A stretch of DNA of 64,000 bases from Candidatus Sumerlaeaceae bacterium (GCA_049968255.1 JBMFRB010000003.1:64001-128000); one strand, 5' to 3'; numbered from the stretch's first letter, positions 18,741-29,040 are shown. Numbers and translations are program-made. Notes: generated from the sequence alone by a model not told the origin.

Positions 18741-19877
18741 TCAATCGCATTCGACCGGATAGCCGCGCTCGATCCAAGCTTTGATCCCGCCGCGAACGTT
18801 GACGGGATCGGCGAAGCCAGCTTGGGCAAGGATTTCGCAGGCTCGAGCGCTGCGTCCACCAATGGCACAGTGCACAATCACAGTCTTATCGCGATAGTCG
18901 TCGAGTTCATTAAGTCGCTGAGGAAGTTCCGGAAGCGGCACAAGTCGCGCGCCCGCGATGCGGGCTCGCGCGTTTTCGTCAGGGTTGCGACAATCGATGA
19001 GCAGGAAATTGTTCGCTCCGTGCTCTAGTGTTTCATGGAGTTCGTCTACAGTGATTTCGCGAAAGGGCATGGCGTGTGATCTTCTGCAGAAGTCTTCGTA
19101 ATCGATGAGCTGGCGAATCGACGGGGAGTCGCCGCAGACGGGACAGCGCCGATCGCGCTTGAGCGCAATCTGGCGAAACTCCATCTGCAACGCGTCGTAG
19201 ATGAGCAGGCGGCCGATGAGCGGCCTTCCGATACCTAAAATCAGTTTAATGGCCTCGGTCGCTTGGATGACGCCGATGAGGCCGGGCAGCACGCCCAGCA
19301 CACCGGACTCCGCGCAGCTAGGCACAGCACCGGGGGGCGGCGGCTCGGGGAAGAGGCAGCGGTAACACGGGCCACCGGCGGAGGCGTGGAAAACCGACGC
19401 CTGCCCCTCGAATCGGTAAAGCGCGCCATAAATGTTCGGCTTGCCTAGCATCACGCAGGCGTCGTTGGTCAGGTAGCGCGTGGGGAAGTTATCGCATCCA
19501 TCCACCACCAAGTCGTAATGGCGGATGATGTCCAGGGCATTGGCCGAACTGAGGCGTGCCTCATGCTCCACGACGCGCACGTCCGGGTTGAGATCCGTGA
19601 GCCGTTGGCGCGCGCTTTCTACTTTTGAGCGACCAAGCATCGAGGTCGAGTGGAGAATCTGCCGGTGAAGGTTCGATTCATCGACACGATCAAAATCCAC
19701 AATGCCGATTGTTCCCAGGCCGGCCGCTGCCAGATAAAGCGCCACGGGCGAGCCAAGTCCGCCCGCGCCCACAAGAAGGACCTTTGCCGCAAGGAGCTTC
19801 TCTTGGCCCTCTGGCCCAATCTCGGGCAAAATGATCTGGCGCAGATAGCGTTCGCGCTGTCGGTCGGTCAAAGCCAT
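18741..19877 (-). CDS. moeB: MoeB/ThiF-family adenylyltransferase fused to rhodanese (MoeZ-like)
   Basis: RYLRQ, GAGGLG, SNLHRQ, DNF, CYRC, CPVC; rhodanese active loop HCAIGGRS. Confidence 0.93.
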   Translation of the reverse strand: MALTDRQRERYLRQIILPEIGPEGQEKLLAAKVLLVGAGGLGSPVALYLAAAGLGTIGIVDFDRVDESNLHRQILHSTSMLGRSKVESARQRLTDLNPDVRVVEHEARLSSANALDIIRHYDLVVDGCDNFPTRYLTNDACVMLGKPNIYGALYRFEGQASVFHASAGGPCYRCLFPEPPPPGAVPSCAESGVLGVLPGLIGVIQATEAIKLILGIGRPLIGRLLIYDALQMEFRQIALKRDRRCPVCGDSPSIRQLIDYEDFCRRSHAMPFREITVDELHETLEHGANNFLLIDCRNPDENARARIAGARLVPLPELPQRLNELDDYRDKTVIVHCAIGGRSARACEILAQAGFADPVNVRGGIKAWIERGYPVECD

Positions 19878-20029
19878 GTGCACAAAGGCGTACTCGTGGC
19901 GCGCGTTTTTTATTTCGAGCGCCTAGCGGCGTAAGTGCGAGCACTTGCCCTTGCCCAAGGGCTCAGCGAAGCTTCCCCAGAGAAGTGGCTTGCTTTGCCG
20001 CAGGTGGCCGCTCCATTGTTGTGTCCCTC

Positions 20030-20896
20030 GTGAGCATACAAAAACTAACCATTGGAGAAGTCGTGAAACGGGCAGCGGAGTTTCTCGCCGCGAAGGGAAG
20101 TGCGACGCCCCGCCTAGATGCGGAACTGCTGGTGGGCCATGCCCTTGGCATGACGCGGCTGCAGTTGTATCTTGATCGCGAGCGACCGCTTAGCCAGGAG
20201 GAGGTTGCGCTGGCGCGTGCGCTGGTTCGGCGTCGTGCTGCCCACGAGCCTGTGGCCTACATCATCGGCAAGAAAGAGTTTTTCGGTCGCGACTTTGTGG
20301 TCACGCCAGCGGTTCTGGTGCCACGGCCAGAGACCGAGCTGCTCGTCGAGCACGTCGCGGAGGAACTTCAGCGCCGGTACGCGCAAGAGCCGCTACGCGT
20401 CCTAGAGTTCGGCACTGGCTCAGGCGTAATCGCGATCACATTGGCCCTCCTGTGCCCGCAATTGCAGGTGATCGCAACAGAGGTTTCCGCCGAGGCGGCT
20501 GAGGTTGCGCGCACAAATGCTCAACGCCACCGTGTAGCGGAGCGTGTCGAGGTGCGTGTGCAGTCAGATTTTGCGGGACTCGACGGCCCATTTCACGCGG
20601 TTGTGAGCAATCCGCCTTATATTGCCGAGACCGAGGCGGAGACACTGCCGCCCGACGTCGTTCGACACGAACCACACCTAGCCCTTTTCGGCGGGCCTGA
20701 TGGGATGACGTGGATTCGCTGGCTGTTCTCGAATACGCAGCCCCTGCTCTATGCGCATGGTTTCCTTGCGCTGGAGATAGGTGCGGGAATGACGGAAAAG
20801 GTGGTCGCTGCTGCGCAAGAGCATGGGTGGCGCGTGGAAGCCGTGGTGCGTGATTATGCAGACCACGAGCGCGTTGTGCGGTGTGCAAGAGGCTGA
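20030..20896 (+). CDS. prmC: Release factor glutamine methyltransferase PrmC/HemK
   Basis: PRLDAELL, EPVAYIIG, LVPRPETE, GTGSG, SNPPY; start placed at GTG 20030. Confidence 0.95.
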   Translation: MSIQKLTIGEVVKRAAEFLAAKGSATPRLDAELLVGHALGMTRLQLYLDRERPLSQEEVALARALVRRRAAHEPVAYIIGKKEFFGRDFVVTPAVLVPRPETELLVEHVAEELQRRYAQEPLRVLEFGTGSGVIAITLALLCPQLQVIATEVSAEAAEVARTNAQRHRVAERVEVRVQSDFAGLDGPFHAVVSNPPYIAETEAETLPPDVVRHEPHLALFGGPDGMTWIRWLFSNTQPLLYAHGFLALEIGAGMTEKVVAAAQEHGWRVEAVVRDYADHERVVRCARG

Positions 20897-21035
20897 ATGA
20901 GTGGTTGGGGTCATCTCCCAGAGCGCGGCAAGCCCACTATTGTCTTTCAGGCGAAATGTGAAATCATCTGATCGACGAAAGGTAACCAGAAGAGAACAAG
21001 TGACATGCACACACAATAGCGCAGGACACGTCGCG

Positions 21036-21500
21036 ATGCCACGACTCTTTCGCTTTGAACAACAGCAGCTCATTCCTACGTCTCTCGAACGCGCGTGGGA
21101 GTTCTTTTGCAACCCGGCGAATCTGAAGACGATCACGCCGCCCGACATGGGATTTGAAATCCTGACGCCCGTGCCACCGGTGGCGGAGCCTGGACTCATC
21201 ATCGTTTACAAAGTACGTCCGCTCCTTGGGATTCCAGTGCAATGGATCACGGAAATTACACACGTCGTGCCGCAACAAAGCTTCGTCGATGAACAGCGCT
21301 TCGGCCCGTATCGCTTTTGGCATCATCGTCACATCTTCGAGCCAAAGGACCGTGGAGTTCTGATGAGTGATATCATTCACTACGCTCTGCCAATCCCCGT
21401 TGTTGCTACCCTCGTGAATAATTTTGTTGTTCGACCTCGTTTGAATGAGATCTTCTCCTATCGCCGCCAAAAGATTGAGGAGATTTTCGGCCGCGCCTAA
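21036..21500 (+). CDS. SRPBCC-family protein
   Basis: WEFF.NPANL..ITPP, W.TEI, FVDEQRFGPYRFWHHRH, IFSYR. Confidence 0.9.
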   Translation: MPRLFRFEQQQLIPTSLERAWEFFCNPANLKTITPPDMGFEILTPVPPVAEPGLIIVYKVRPLLGIPVQWITEITHVVPQQSFVDEQRFGPYRFWHHRHIFEPKDRGVLMSDIIHYALPIPVVATLVNNFVVRPRLNEIFSYRRQKIEEIFGRA

Positions 21501-21672
21501 CGGGGGGCTCGACAAGTATGTCGAGCGCCGAGAGAGAGCCAATCGAGTCAGGACCGCGCCCGTGTCCCCATGCGCATCGATGGATCGCGCGAAGCCTCAC
21601 GTGCAGTGGCAGGTGTGAGCTTCGGAGAGCCAAGGTTTTCCTGCTGATGGGTCGTTTCGCGTTGCCGCAGGT

Positions 21673-23649
21673 TTAATCGAGTGGTCGCCGCGCGAAAATG
21701 AAACTCTCTCGCCACGTTTTCGAGTAAAGCGGATCTTCGGGCAGCAGACTATTCACACGGACGCACGGGGGGCAGGAGTGAATGAAGCGTTCGCCACCGA
21801 GCGAGAGTGCGGTGTGGATAACCCGCCCTGTCTTATCGATGAAGAACAGAATGTCGCCCGGTAGAAGCGCCGCGTGGTGCCAACGCGTAGCCACAAGTCG
21901 CCCGACAAGCACCATCTGGCGCGCATCGCGTGGCAAGCGCAACCCAGCTGCTTCGTAGCTGACACCCACAAGACCCGAGCAGTCGAGGCCGTTTGCGGAG
22001 CGCCCGCCAAAAACATAGGGTGTGCCATAGAGGCTGAGAGCTGTCGCCACAGCGGTTTGTCCGCAGCGGAGATTGGGCGTGAGCGTAAGCAAGTTGCGGG
22101 GGAGTGCAAGTGTTTCGAAGTGCACGCGCCCACCCACGGCACGGGGCACCTCGACCACAACCTGCGCGGTGGTGGACGCCTCAAGGTTGCGGCCAATGTT
22201 TGTTTCCCGAAGTGGCAGCCGCGTGCCTGGCGACAGCGCATAGCGGTCATTGCTCCAAGGGGCCTGCAACACAACTTGGCGCGACGTGAGCAGCTCTAGG
22301 AACTGTTGCTCACTCAGCAGAGCGATCGCGTCCGCGCGCACCCAGCCAACGTAGCCGTCGCATCCATGCACCATATAAAATGTGCCGTCAGGTGTGCGGT
22401 CGAGTAGCCAGAGAGGCTCACCTGGCAAAAGTTGCGTCTGCACATCTTCACCTTCTTTGGGCGCGCCCCAGGTCAGTGCTGCTGTCTGAAGCGTCACAGC
22501 GAAGAGGTGCTCCGAGAGCCGTTCCCGATGCGGAAGGTCTTCGATGTCCATGGTAAGGGGCGAGCAACCGACAGTTTTCAGAATGCCAGCCGCGGTTTCA
22601 GCAAGCTCGCGTGCGTTGGTGCGCACTGAGAGGTGCCATTCACCGCCGTTGCGCTCCACTCGGACATCGAGATAAAAAAATGTTGAATCCGTAAGTTGAC
22701 GCTTATAACTTGCTAACAAGTATTCAGCCTCCGACGCATCGCTTGGGGGGTGTCCGAACGGCCACAGACGCCGCGCCAGTGCGGCAGCTTCCGTGGTGAC
22801 GCCGTCGGGTGGAATGGACTTCCCCTCCGGGATTTCGATAGGTGGCGCACCCAGCACACGTTGGCGCCGCGTGCGAAGAGCATCGCCTAGTCGCGAGGAA
22901 GGCCATGTGAGGTAAAAAGTCTCGTAAACAGCTTGAGCGAACCGTTGGGTGTAGGCTGGGACTGGGCGCCAATCTTTGCCTTTTGGCGGTGGAGGGGCAT
23001 GAATTTCTAGTGCCAGGGCTGCCGTCCTTTCAGCCATGTCTACGCGTCCAGCTTCGATGGCATAATCGCCAAGCCCAAGGCGCTTGAACGAATCCGCAAG
23101 CACTCGCGCCAGATCGGCTGCTACGGGGTCGCTCGTGGAAGAATCGGCTGCGGGGACAACGATCCTCGGTTTGGGCGGCGAATCGTCAGCTCCATGCCAG
23201 ATGCACAGCACACAGTGTGGTTTGGCGTGTTCGACTGGGAGCAGGCGGGCAATGCTGTCCTCAAGACTTGCGGTGGCCGGGCGATCATCTTGACGAGTGA
23301 GAACATAATGTCCACCGCCATCGGTCACGTGATGGCGCAAGAGCGCTGCAATGGCGAAATTGGTGGCATAGGCCAAGCGGAGCGCTTCCCGTCGGGTTTT
23401 CTGTTTTTCGGCAAGGGCATGCCCCTCGCTACCGGCTGGATCAACGGCGAGCACCAACCCCCGCAGCGCCGTGCCCGACGTCTCGAAAGTAGGCGTAAAC
23501 TCGGGTTTGTGCGTTTGGCGCACTGCGATTGAGTCTCCGCCACGCAGCTGGGCAAGAGACGCACAACATGTTAATAAAAATGCTATGCAGCTTAAGAACC
23601 TTCTTCCCGAGGAAGACGTACTCTGAGAAGTTTTGCAACTTGTTCGCAT
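21673..23649 (-). CDS. Exported NlpC/P60 peptidoglycan peptidase with SH3-like domain and degenerate amidase-like N-terminal domain
   Basis: PYVFGG, GLDCSGLV, LPRDARQ, HTAL, FIHS; TQLLPGE..DGYVGWV (YkfC-like SH3); signal-like RRFLSCIAFLLTCCASLA. Start uncertain. Confidence 0.85.
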   Translation of the reverse strand: MRTSCKTSQSTSSSGRRFLSCIAFLLTCCASLAQLRGGDSIAVRQTHKPEFTPTFETSGTALRGLVLAVDPAGSEGHALAEKQKTRREALRLAYATNFAIAALLRHHVTDGGGHYVLTRQDDRPATASLEDSIARLLPVEHAKPHCVLCIWHGADDSPPKPRIVVPAADSSTSDPVAADLARVLADSFKRLGLGDYAIEAGRVDMAERTAALALEIHAPPPPKGKDWRPVPAYTQRFAQAVYETFYLTWPSSRLGDALRTRRQRVLGAPPIEIPEGKSIPPDGVTTEAAALARRLWPFGHPPSDASEAEYLLASYKRQLTDSTFFYLDVRVERNGGEWHLSVRTNARELAETAAGILKTVGCSPLTMDIEDLPHRERLSEHLFAVTLQTAALTWGAPKEGEDVQTQLLPGEPLWLLDRTPDGTFYMVHGCDGYVGWVRADAIALLSEQQFLELLTSRQVVLQAPWSNDRYALSPGTRLPLRETNIGRNLEASTTAQVVVEVPRAVGGRVHFETLALPRNLLTLTPNLRCGQTAVATALSLYGTPYVFGGRSANGLDCSGLVGVSYEAAGLRLPRDARQMVLVGRLVATRWHHAALLPGDILFFIDKTGRVIHTALSLGGERFIHSCPPCVRVNSLLPEDPLYSKTWRESFIFARRPLD

Positions 23650-26042
23650 AGCATAACCCATTCTTGTGCCTCCCAAAGATCTTTGTCGCTCTCGGCTCTG
23701 GCTTTTATAATCCGATAGTTTGCGCGCACGATGTGATAAAAGCTCGTCTGCGCTTTCCAAATATTGGTGCGCAAGGGCAACGCGAATACTATTTCGGCCA
23801 CGGCAAGAATGCGCTCGAGGTTAGCCACATCGTTGGGGCTCGCTTCAAGCCGCGCAGCAGCTCGCTCGAGGGCGCAGCGCACCGCATGGTCAATTCGTTC
23901 GAGGTCGAGTTCGAGCTGCCAGTGCCGCGCCTCCTGAAAGCTGGCGCGCAGGTCGTCCGGCGATGTATCTTCATGTTCCAGAGCGTCCACAAGCTTGTGG
24001 GTGAGCACGAACTGCGTCATTGTTTTGAGGACGTTAGGCAGAGGAACATTGAGTGCAGCAAGGAAGCGCATGAGCGACGCATTCTCGTTGTAAAGCGCAC
24101 ACATTGTGGCAATGGCTTGGGAGATTGGTGCGCTCAACAGGTGGTAGACTACGCGACGTTGATCGTCGCGGAAAAGCGAACGGAGCGTGAAAGGTTCTTT
24201 GTCGAACAGGTCCGCAAAACTGCCAAGGCCTTTTTCGAGCTGAGCGTTGCACGCGCCCACTTGCAATTTCGTCATAAACTGGTCAAACCGACGGTTCTCC
24301 GGCGTGGCGACGTAAGACTGGATTTGATCTTCGCTAAGTTTTTCCGCACCAAAAATGAATTCCGCTTCTTCTGTGGTGGCGAGAGACCGGACACTCATCT
24401 GGCCGACAAGAAATTCGCGCTCGCCCAGTGATTGCTTGCAACGGTGCGTGGTGCGGATTTCGTAAGAATAAAAGCGGCCCATCGGCTTCGTGTCCTCAAG
24501 CAACATGAGCAAAGCGTAATTGCCAGCCACGCGTTCGAGGTCGACGATTGAGGGCCGAACAAACATCTCATAGATATGCGCGCCGTTGACAAACTGGGCA
24601 AGATTGCTCTTGGCTTCTTCGATCATCTTGAGATAGGTGGGTTCCAGATCCTGACCGCTTACTTGATTGTAAAGTTGCATAGCGCGCGCGGCGAAGAGCA
24701 TCACCTGTTGTGTCTCGATACCGGAGATGTCGTCGAAAAACCACCCGCAGCTTGTGAACATAAGTAGGCAGTGGCGCTGCATTTCGAGCAGTTGGAAGAG
24801 GCGTGTGCGCTGGTCGGCATTGAGGGGGTGGCGCTGATGTCGCGCGAGGAATTTTCGGATGGTGTCCTCGTTGCGGTCGAGAACGATACTCATGTATTCA
24901 TCCCGCGCCAGCCAGGGATCCGCAACGTAAGCAGCAGCTTCGCGTTCAAAAAGACGAGCAGCTTCGTCGCGCAACCAGTTCATGGCGGCACGCAACGGCG
25001 CACGCCACTTTTGGTTCCATCCCGGATGACCCCCCGAGTTGCAACCGCAATCGTAGCTCCACCGTCCCACGCCATGGGCACAACTCCATGAGGAAGCCTC
25101 GAAAATTTCCACTTCATAGCGTGGGGGGAACCGCTCCAGGAATTCTGCATAATTTGTTAGGCGCACGCGCGACTGTTCCTGCAAGTCGGCGATGGCGCGG
25201 CTCAATGCCATCTCCCCGAAACGGTGATGGTGGCCATAGCTCTCGCCGTCGGTGGCGATGTGCACAAGTTGGGCTCCCTCACGATCGGCCGAGAATCCAC
25301 TCATGAGGCGCATGGCAAAGGCATGACCGTCGTTCAGGAGTCCCTCGAAGGCCACCGCGTGGCTAATGGGACCATCGTAAAAAAACAGCGAAATGGAGTC
25401 GCCGCCGGGCAAGCGGCAAAGATAAGGGCGCGAGGGATCAATGCGGCCACCCCGCACGTCGCTCCATATCGCGCGCCCGATGGGACGGATGCGCGATGCT
25501 TGAAAGGGCGAGAGAATTGTGAAGCGAATGTCGTGCGAGGCAAGGATCGCAAGGGTCTCAAGGTCCACCGCAGTTTCGGCGAGCCACATGCCCTCTGGCT
25601 TGCGGCGAAAGCGCGCCTCGAAGTCCGCAATGGCCCAGCGCACCTGCGTGATTTTGTCGCGCCGGTTGGCTAGCGGCATAATGATGTGATTGTAGACCTG
25701 TGCCAGCGCCGACCCGTGGCCCGAGAAATGCTTTTTGCTGCGTTCGTCGGCTTCCAAAATCGCTTTATAAGTTTTGGGTGCGTGCACTTCGAGCCACGAC
25801 AAAAGGGTGGGGCCAAAATTGAAGCTGATCCACTCGTAGTTGTTGAGCAGGCGCGCGAGGTAGTTTTCCTGGTCGAGGATGCGCGCTGCGGCGTTCGGCG
25901 CGTAGCATTCCTCGGTGATGCGCTGATTCCAGTCATGGTAGGGCTGAGCGCTGTCCTGCTGCTCAACGGTTTCGAGCCACGGATTCTCACGTGGAGGCTG
26001 ATAGAAATGCCCGTGGATGCAAATGTAGCGCGAGTAAGTCAC
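23592..26042 (-). CDS. Glycoside hydrolase family 57 protein with DUF3536-type region
   Basis: HGHFYQPPRENPW, GMWLAETA, ATDGESYGHH, SSWSCAHG, MFTSCGWFFD. Confidence 0.93.
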   Translation of the reverse strand: MTYSRYICIHGHFYQPPRENPWLETVEQQDSAQPYHDWNQRITEECYAPNAAARILDQENYLARLLNNYEWISFNFGPTLLSWLEVHAPKTYKAILEADERSKKHFSGHGSALAQVYNHIIMPLANRRDKITQVRWAIADFEARFRRKPEGMWLAETAVDLETLAILASHDIRFTILSPFQASRIRPIGRAIWSDVRGGRIDPSRPYLCRLPGGDSISLFFYDGPISHAVAFEGLLNDGHAFAMRLMSGFSADREGAQLVHIATDGESYGHHHRFGEMALSRAIADLQEQSRVRLTNYAEFLERFPPRYEVEIFEASSWSCAHGVGRWSYDCGCNSGGHPGWNQKWRAPLRAAMNWLRDEAARLFEREAAAYVADPWLARDEYMSIVLDRNEDTIRKFLARHQRHPLNADQRTRLFQLLEMQRHCLLMFTSCGWFFDDISGIETQQVMLFAARAMQLYNQVSGQDLEPTYLKMIEEAKSNLAQFVNGAHIYEMFVRPSIVDLERVAGNYALLMLLEDTKPMGRFYSYEIRTTHRCKQSLGEREFLVGQMSVRSLATTEEAEFIFGAEKLSEDQIQSYVATPENRRFDQFMTKLQVGACNAQLEKGLGSFADLFDKEPFTLRSLFRDDQRRVVYHLLSAPISQAIATMCALYNENASLMRFLAALNVPLPNVLKTMTQFVLTHKLVDALEHEDTSPDDLRASFQEARHWQLELDLERIDHAVRCALERAAARLEASPNDVANLERILAVAEIVFALPLRTNIWKAQTSFYHIVRANYRIIKARAESDKDLWEAQEWVMLCEQVAKLLRVRLPREEGS

Positions 26043-26224
26043 TGCTAGGGCCTTTCCCGACTGATACTCATCGTACCACCACGGTGCGTTTTAGGAATGG
26101 TTGTCAAACGCTGCTCGCGGGGTACAAGATGGTTGAGAAAAACATCCTTTGCCTTTTGCTCGGCGGCAAAAGCGGATGGCACCTGCGTGTTGCTGCGGGC
26201 AGAGCGCGGACGCATGAACCTCGA

Positions 26225-26650
26225 TCAATTCTTATTCTCTGGCAAGAGCGAATCCTTCTCGCCCGGTGAGGTCCAGGTTTCAGAAATCACCTGCAGGAGA
26301 TTGCGCTCCGCTGCGCTCAGGTGCCGATCCGACGTGGCAATGAACTCAAGAATCTGGCGCACGCCTTCGAGCCGCTCGGCGTCAAGACTCTTTTTTAGAC
26401 TGGCGACGGAATAGGCCACGACATCAGCCACACTTGTCTCTTTCACTGCGCTTTTCGCGTTTTCCAAAAGCGACTGGATATCCTGCGGCGACAAGCCGAG
26501 CCCGAAGCCAATGCGTGTGAGCATCTCAGCTTCGCGATCGGTGACCTTTCCATCAGAACAAACAAGGCACAATCCCAAGCAGAAAACATGATAAACCTGG
26601 TCGGGTGTGAGATGAAGAATTTTCAGCAATTTTCGCGTCGTGTTGTCCAC
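26225..26650 (-). CDS. TerB-family protein
   Basis: SDGKVTDRE and SDRHLSAAE repeat motifs; GGAGGAGG RBS before GTG. Confidence 0.85.
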   Translation of the reverse strand: MDNTTRKLLKILHLTPDQVYHVFCLGLCLVCSDGKVTDREAEMLTRIGFGLGLSPQDIQSLLENAKSAVKETSVADVVAYSVASLKKSLDAERLEGVRQILEFIATSDRHLSAAERNLLQVISETWTSPGEKDSLLPENKN

Positions 26651-26966
26651 GGGAGCCCTCCTCCGGACGGGGCAAATTAGCTTGGCTGACTTCTCATTCG
26701 CTGATTAGAGAGTGTCGCAGCGCAACTGCCTTCTTCAAGCATTTATCGCAGACGCTTGTGAGGCGAGCGCACACGCAGAAAAACAACATTGCTAACGTTG
26801 CGCAGGCCTCTCAGCCATGATAGTCTTGCAGCTTTGAGGGCCTCAGGGCAGAATGTTCGGGGGGCAGAGCCCCCTGCGAATTCACAAGCTTGTTGTTACG
26901 AAAAAAAGCTGCGGGAGGTTGAGGGGAAGCTACCTTGTCCCGCAGCTATCGAGTGCACTAACTGGT

Positions 26967-27203
26967 TCACTCAAGGTCACTCAGCGCGGCTCCGAAATTA
27001 ATGTGGTAAACTTTTCCGCCCACCACAAGAGCCGGGACGCTCTTTACGCCCGCACTTTTTGCTTCGCTGAGGCGGTGCTTGTCGACACCAAGATGCACAA
27101 CTTCTAATTCGAATGCCTGGCGGTCGAGCAAGCCAAGGAAAGCTTGTTCGGCATCAATGCAGACGGGACACCCGGCATGATAGAAGACGACGCGCTCGGC
27201 CAT
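26967..27203 (-). CDS. Small thioredoxin/glutaredoxin-like protein (CPVC)
   Basis: FYHAGCPVC, GVKSVPALV, HINFGA. Confidence 0.9.
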   Translation of the reverse strand: MAERVVFYHAGCPVCIDAEQAFLGLLDRQAFELEVVHLGVDKHRLSEAKSAGVKSVPALVVGGKVYHINFGAALSDLE

Positions 27204-27281
27204 AAGCTCACCACCCTTCTTCTAGAATGCGAGGCCGTGAGTGCTCCTCAGGTTTCATTTAGCACTGGACCGAAACAGGGT

Positions 27282-27306
27282 CAAGTAGGTACTTTTTCGT
27301 AACCAG
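27282..27306. promoter_or_regulatory. Candidate operator of the HxlR-family regulator
   Basis: CAAGTAGGTACTTTTTCGTAACCAG, containing dyad AAGTA-GG-TACTT, in the divergent gap between the redoxin and the regulator. Confidence 0.5.
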
Positions 27307-27321
27307 GTTGAGCAATGTGCC

Positions 27322-27690
27322 ATGGGCGGGAGTGACGCGCGAGACGAAGCATTGTGGGCGAAGACAACGCGGCGCACGTCTTTTGTTGGCTCAGCAATCG
27401 AAGAGGTGCTGGGTTGCAAATGGTCTGTTCAGCTTTTGTTGCTCGTTGCCTCGGGGATCGAACGGCCAGGCCAATTGCGGAAAGCTTGTCCGGGACTGAG
27501 CACAAAAGTTATGAACGAGCGCTTACGCAAACTCCAGGCGTTTGAACTTCTTTCCAAGACGACACGGGGCGAAAAGCCGCCCCTCCAAGTGTATTACCAA
27601 CTCACGCCCTTGGGCGTACGCCTAGCGTCGATCATGCAACAGATCAAAGAGTTAGACGAATGGTGGGCCAAGGAGCGTGCCAAACGCTGA
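27322..27690 (+). CDS. HxlR/DUF24 winged-helix regulator
   Basis: LGCKWS, CPGLSTKVMNERLRKL, PLQVYYQLTPLG. Confidence 0.92.
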   Translation: MGGSDARDEALWAKTTRRTSFVGSAIEEVLGCKWSVQLLLLVASGIERPGQLRKACPGLSTKVMNERLRKLQAFELLSKTTRGEKPPLQVYYQLTPLGVRLASIMQQIKELDEWWAKERAKR

Positions 27691-27831
27691 GGTCGATGAC
27701 CGGACCATATTAGCAAAAAGTCCTGTGGGCGGCAGGGAGTGAAAGATCGATGGCGCCGACAACGGTCAAAAAAGGATAAAATTGTCTTGCCTGTAAGCGA
27801 CAGGAGCAGCCATCTTCACTTTCGCTCTATT

Positions 27832-29040
27832 ATGACCCAGTCGCATGCGCTCCAACGAATCCTTGCTCTAGCAGGCAGTCTTCGACAGCGACTTTGGCTC
27901 GGTTTGTGGGTGGAAGGTAGCCACTGGCAACGGGGGACGGGGCGCGTGGAAACCTTAGTCAGTCTTGCCACTCTCGCTGCTCTGGCCGCAATTGCGGCCG
28001 CGATTTTGGTCAAGCAAGCTCACTACGATCGGGCGGTCATCAATCCGGGACTTGTCGTAGCCGAAAAATCGCAGAGTGCTGGATCCGGTGGCCTCTCAGC
28101 TGGCACCGCGTCCGCAGAAGCTGCACCTCCACCAAGTGAAGCCGAAACAGCGACAGATCTGGCGGTGCAGAAGGCTGCCGCCGCGGGCACTTTAGCCGCA
28201 AGTGACGCAAGTGCCGCACCACAGATTTTGGCGCAAATCACGTTGCCTAGCGGTGTGAAAGCGGTCGCAGCGCCAGAAGCATTCGACGCGACGACGCTCT
28301 CGGACAAAATTGACGGCAGAGCCGAGTTCTACCTCGACATCGGCTTCGAGCACCTCGAGACGCGCCGCTACGAGATCGCGAGCGAGCCGGCGTGTGCCTT
28401 CGAGGCGTTTCTCTACCGCATGAGTTCCCCGATCGCTGCTTTTGCGGCGTGGAGCGGTCAGCGGCGTCCGGACGCAAGGCCGGAAAAGGACTTGCCCCTG
28501 GCGTATTCCACAGCCAATGCTTTTTACCTTGCGCGCGGCCCATACTATGTCGAGCTGGTAAGCGCCTCGGAAACCTTCGGCGCTAGGCCGGAAGTGCGGG
28601 AATTTGCCCGCACGCTCTCCGAAAAGCTTCTCGACAATGAGCCAGAAACCGACATTGTAGCCCTTTTGCCCGAAGAGGGACGCGTGGCGGGAAGCGAACG
28701 CCTGATCCTAAAGGATGCGTTCGGGTTTGCCAGGCTCGACAAGGTCATCCTCGCTGACTACCTCGTGGAGGACACGACGGTGAGCCTTTTCATCTCCCCC
28801 CGAATCACGGAGGCGGAAGCGCGCGAGCTGGCTCGGGCGTATCACGCCTTTCTCGTGCAAGAGATGGGTGCCGACGACGTTAGCCACCAACTCGGTGGCC
28901 TGGCCGACGCATCTGCAGCCAACTCCCTGGGCGAGTACGAAGTCATTCAGCCATGCGGGAAAAACCTGGTCGGCATCCATGCGGCAAAACGGCTGGATGT
29001 GGCCATGCGGCTGCTGACTCGAACATGCCGCAAGCCCTAG
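27832..29040 (+). CDS. Membrane-anchored periplasmic protein, DUF6599-like (two repeats)
   Basis: TM helix, Ala/Ser linker, then LSDKIDGRAEFY..GF..L, YRM...AAFAAWS, GPYYVEL. Start uncertain. Confidence 0.65.
   Translation: MTQSHALQRILALAGSLRQRLWLGLWVEGSHWQRGTGRVETLVSLATLAALAAIAAAILVKQAHYDRAVINPGLVVAEKSQSAGSGGLSAGTASAEAAPPPSEAETATDLAVQKAAAAGTLAASDASAAPQILAQITLPSGVKAVAAPEAFDATTLSDKIDGRAEFYLDIGFEHLETRRYEIASEPACAFEAFLYRMSSPIAAFAAWSGQRRPDARPEKDLPLAYSTANAFYLARGPYYVELVSASETFGARPEVREFARTLSEKLLDNEPETDIVALLPEEGRVAGSERLILKDAFGFARLDKVILADYLVEDTTVSLFISPRITEAEARELARAYHAFLVQEMGADDVSHQLGGLADASAANSLGEYEVIQPCGKNLVGIHAAKRLDVAMRLLTRTCRKP

Noticed and set aside
18729-26874. GGGCAGAGCCC mini-hairpin seen twice (18729-18739 and about 26862-26872) as a REP-like family
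   Set aside because: Only two short copies with unrelated flanks; compatible with chance or simple terminator stems.
27259-27285. TTAGCACT as half of a CIRCE element
   Set aside because: Second arm GAGTGCTAA is absent.
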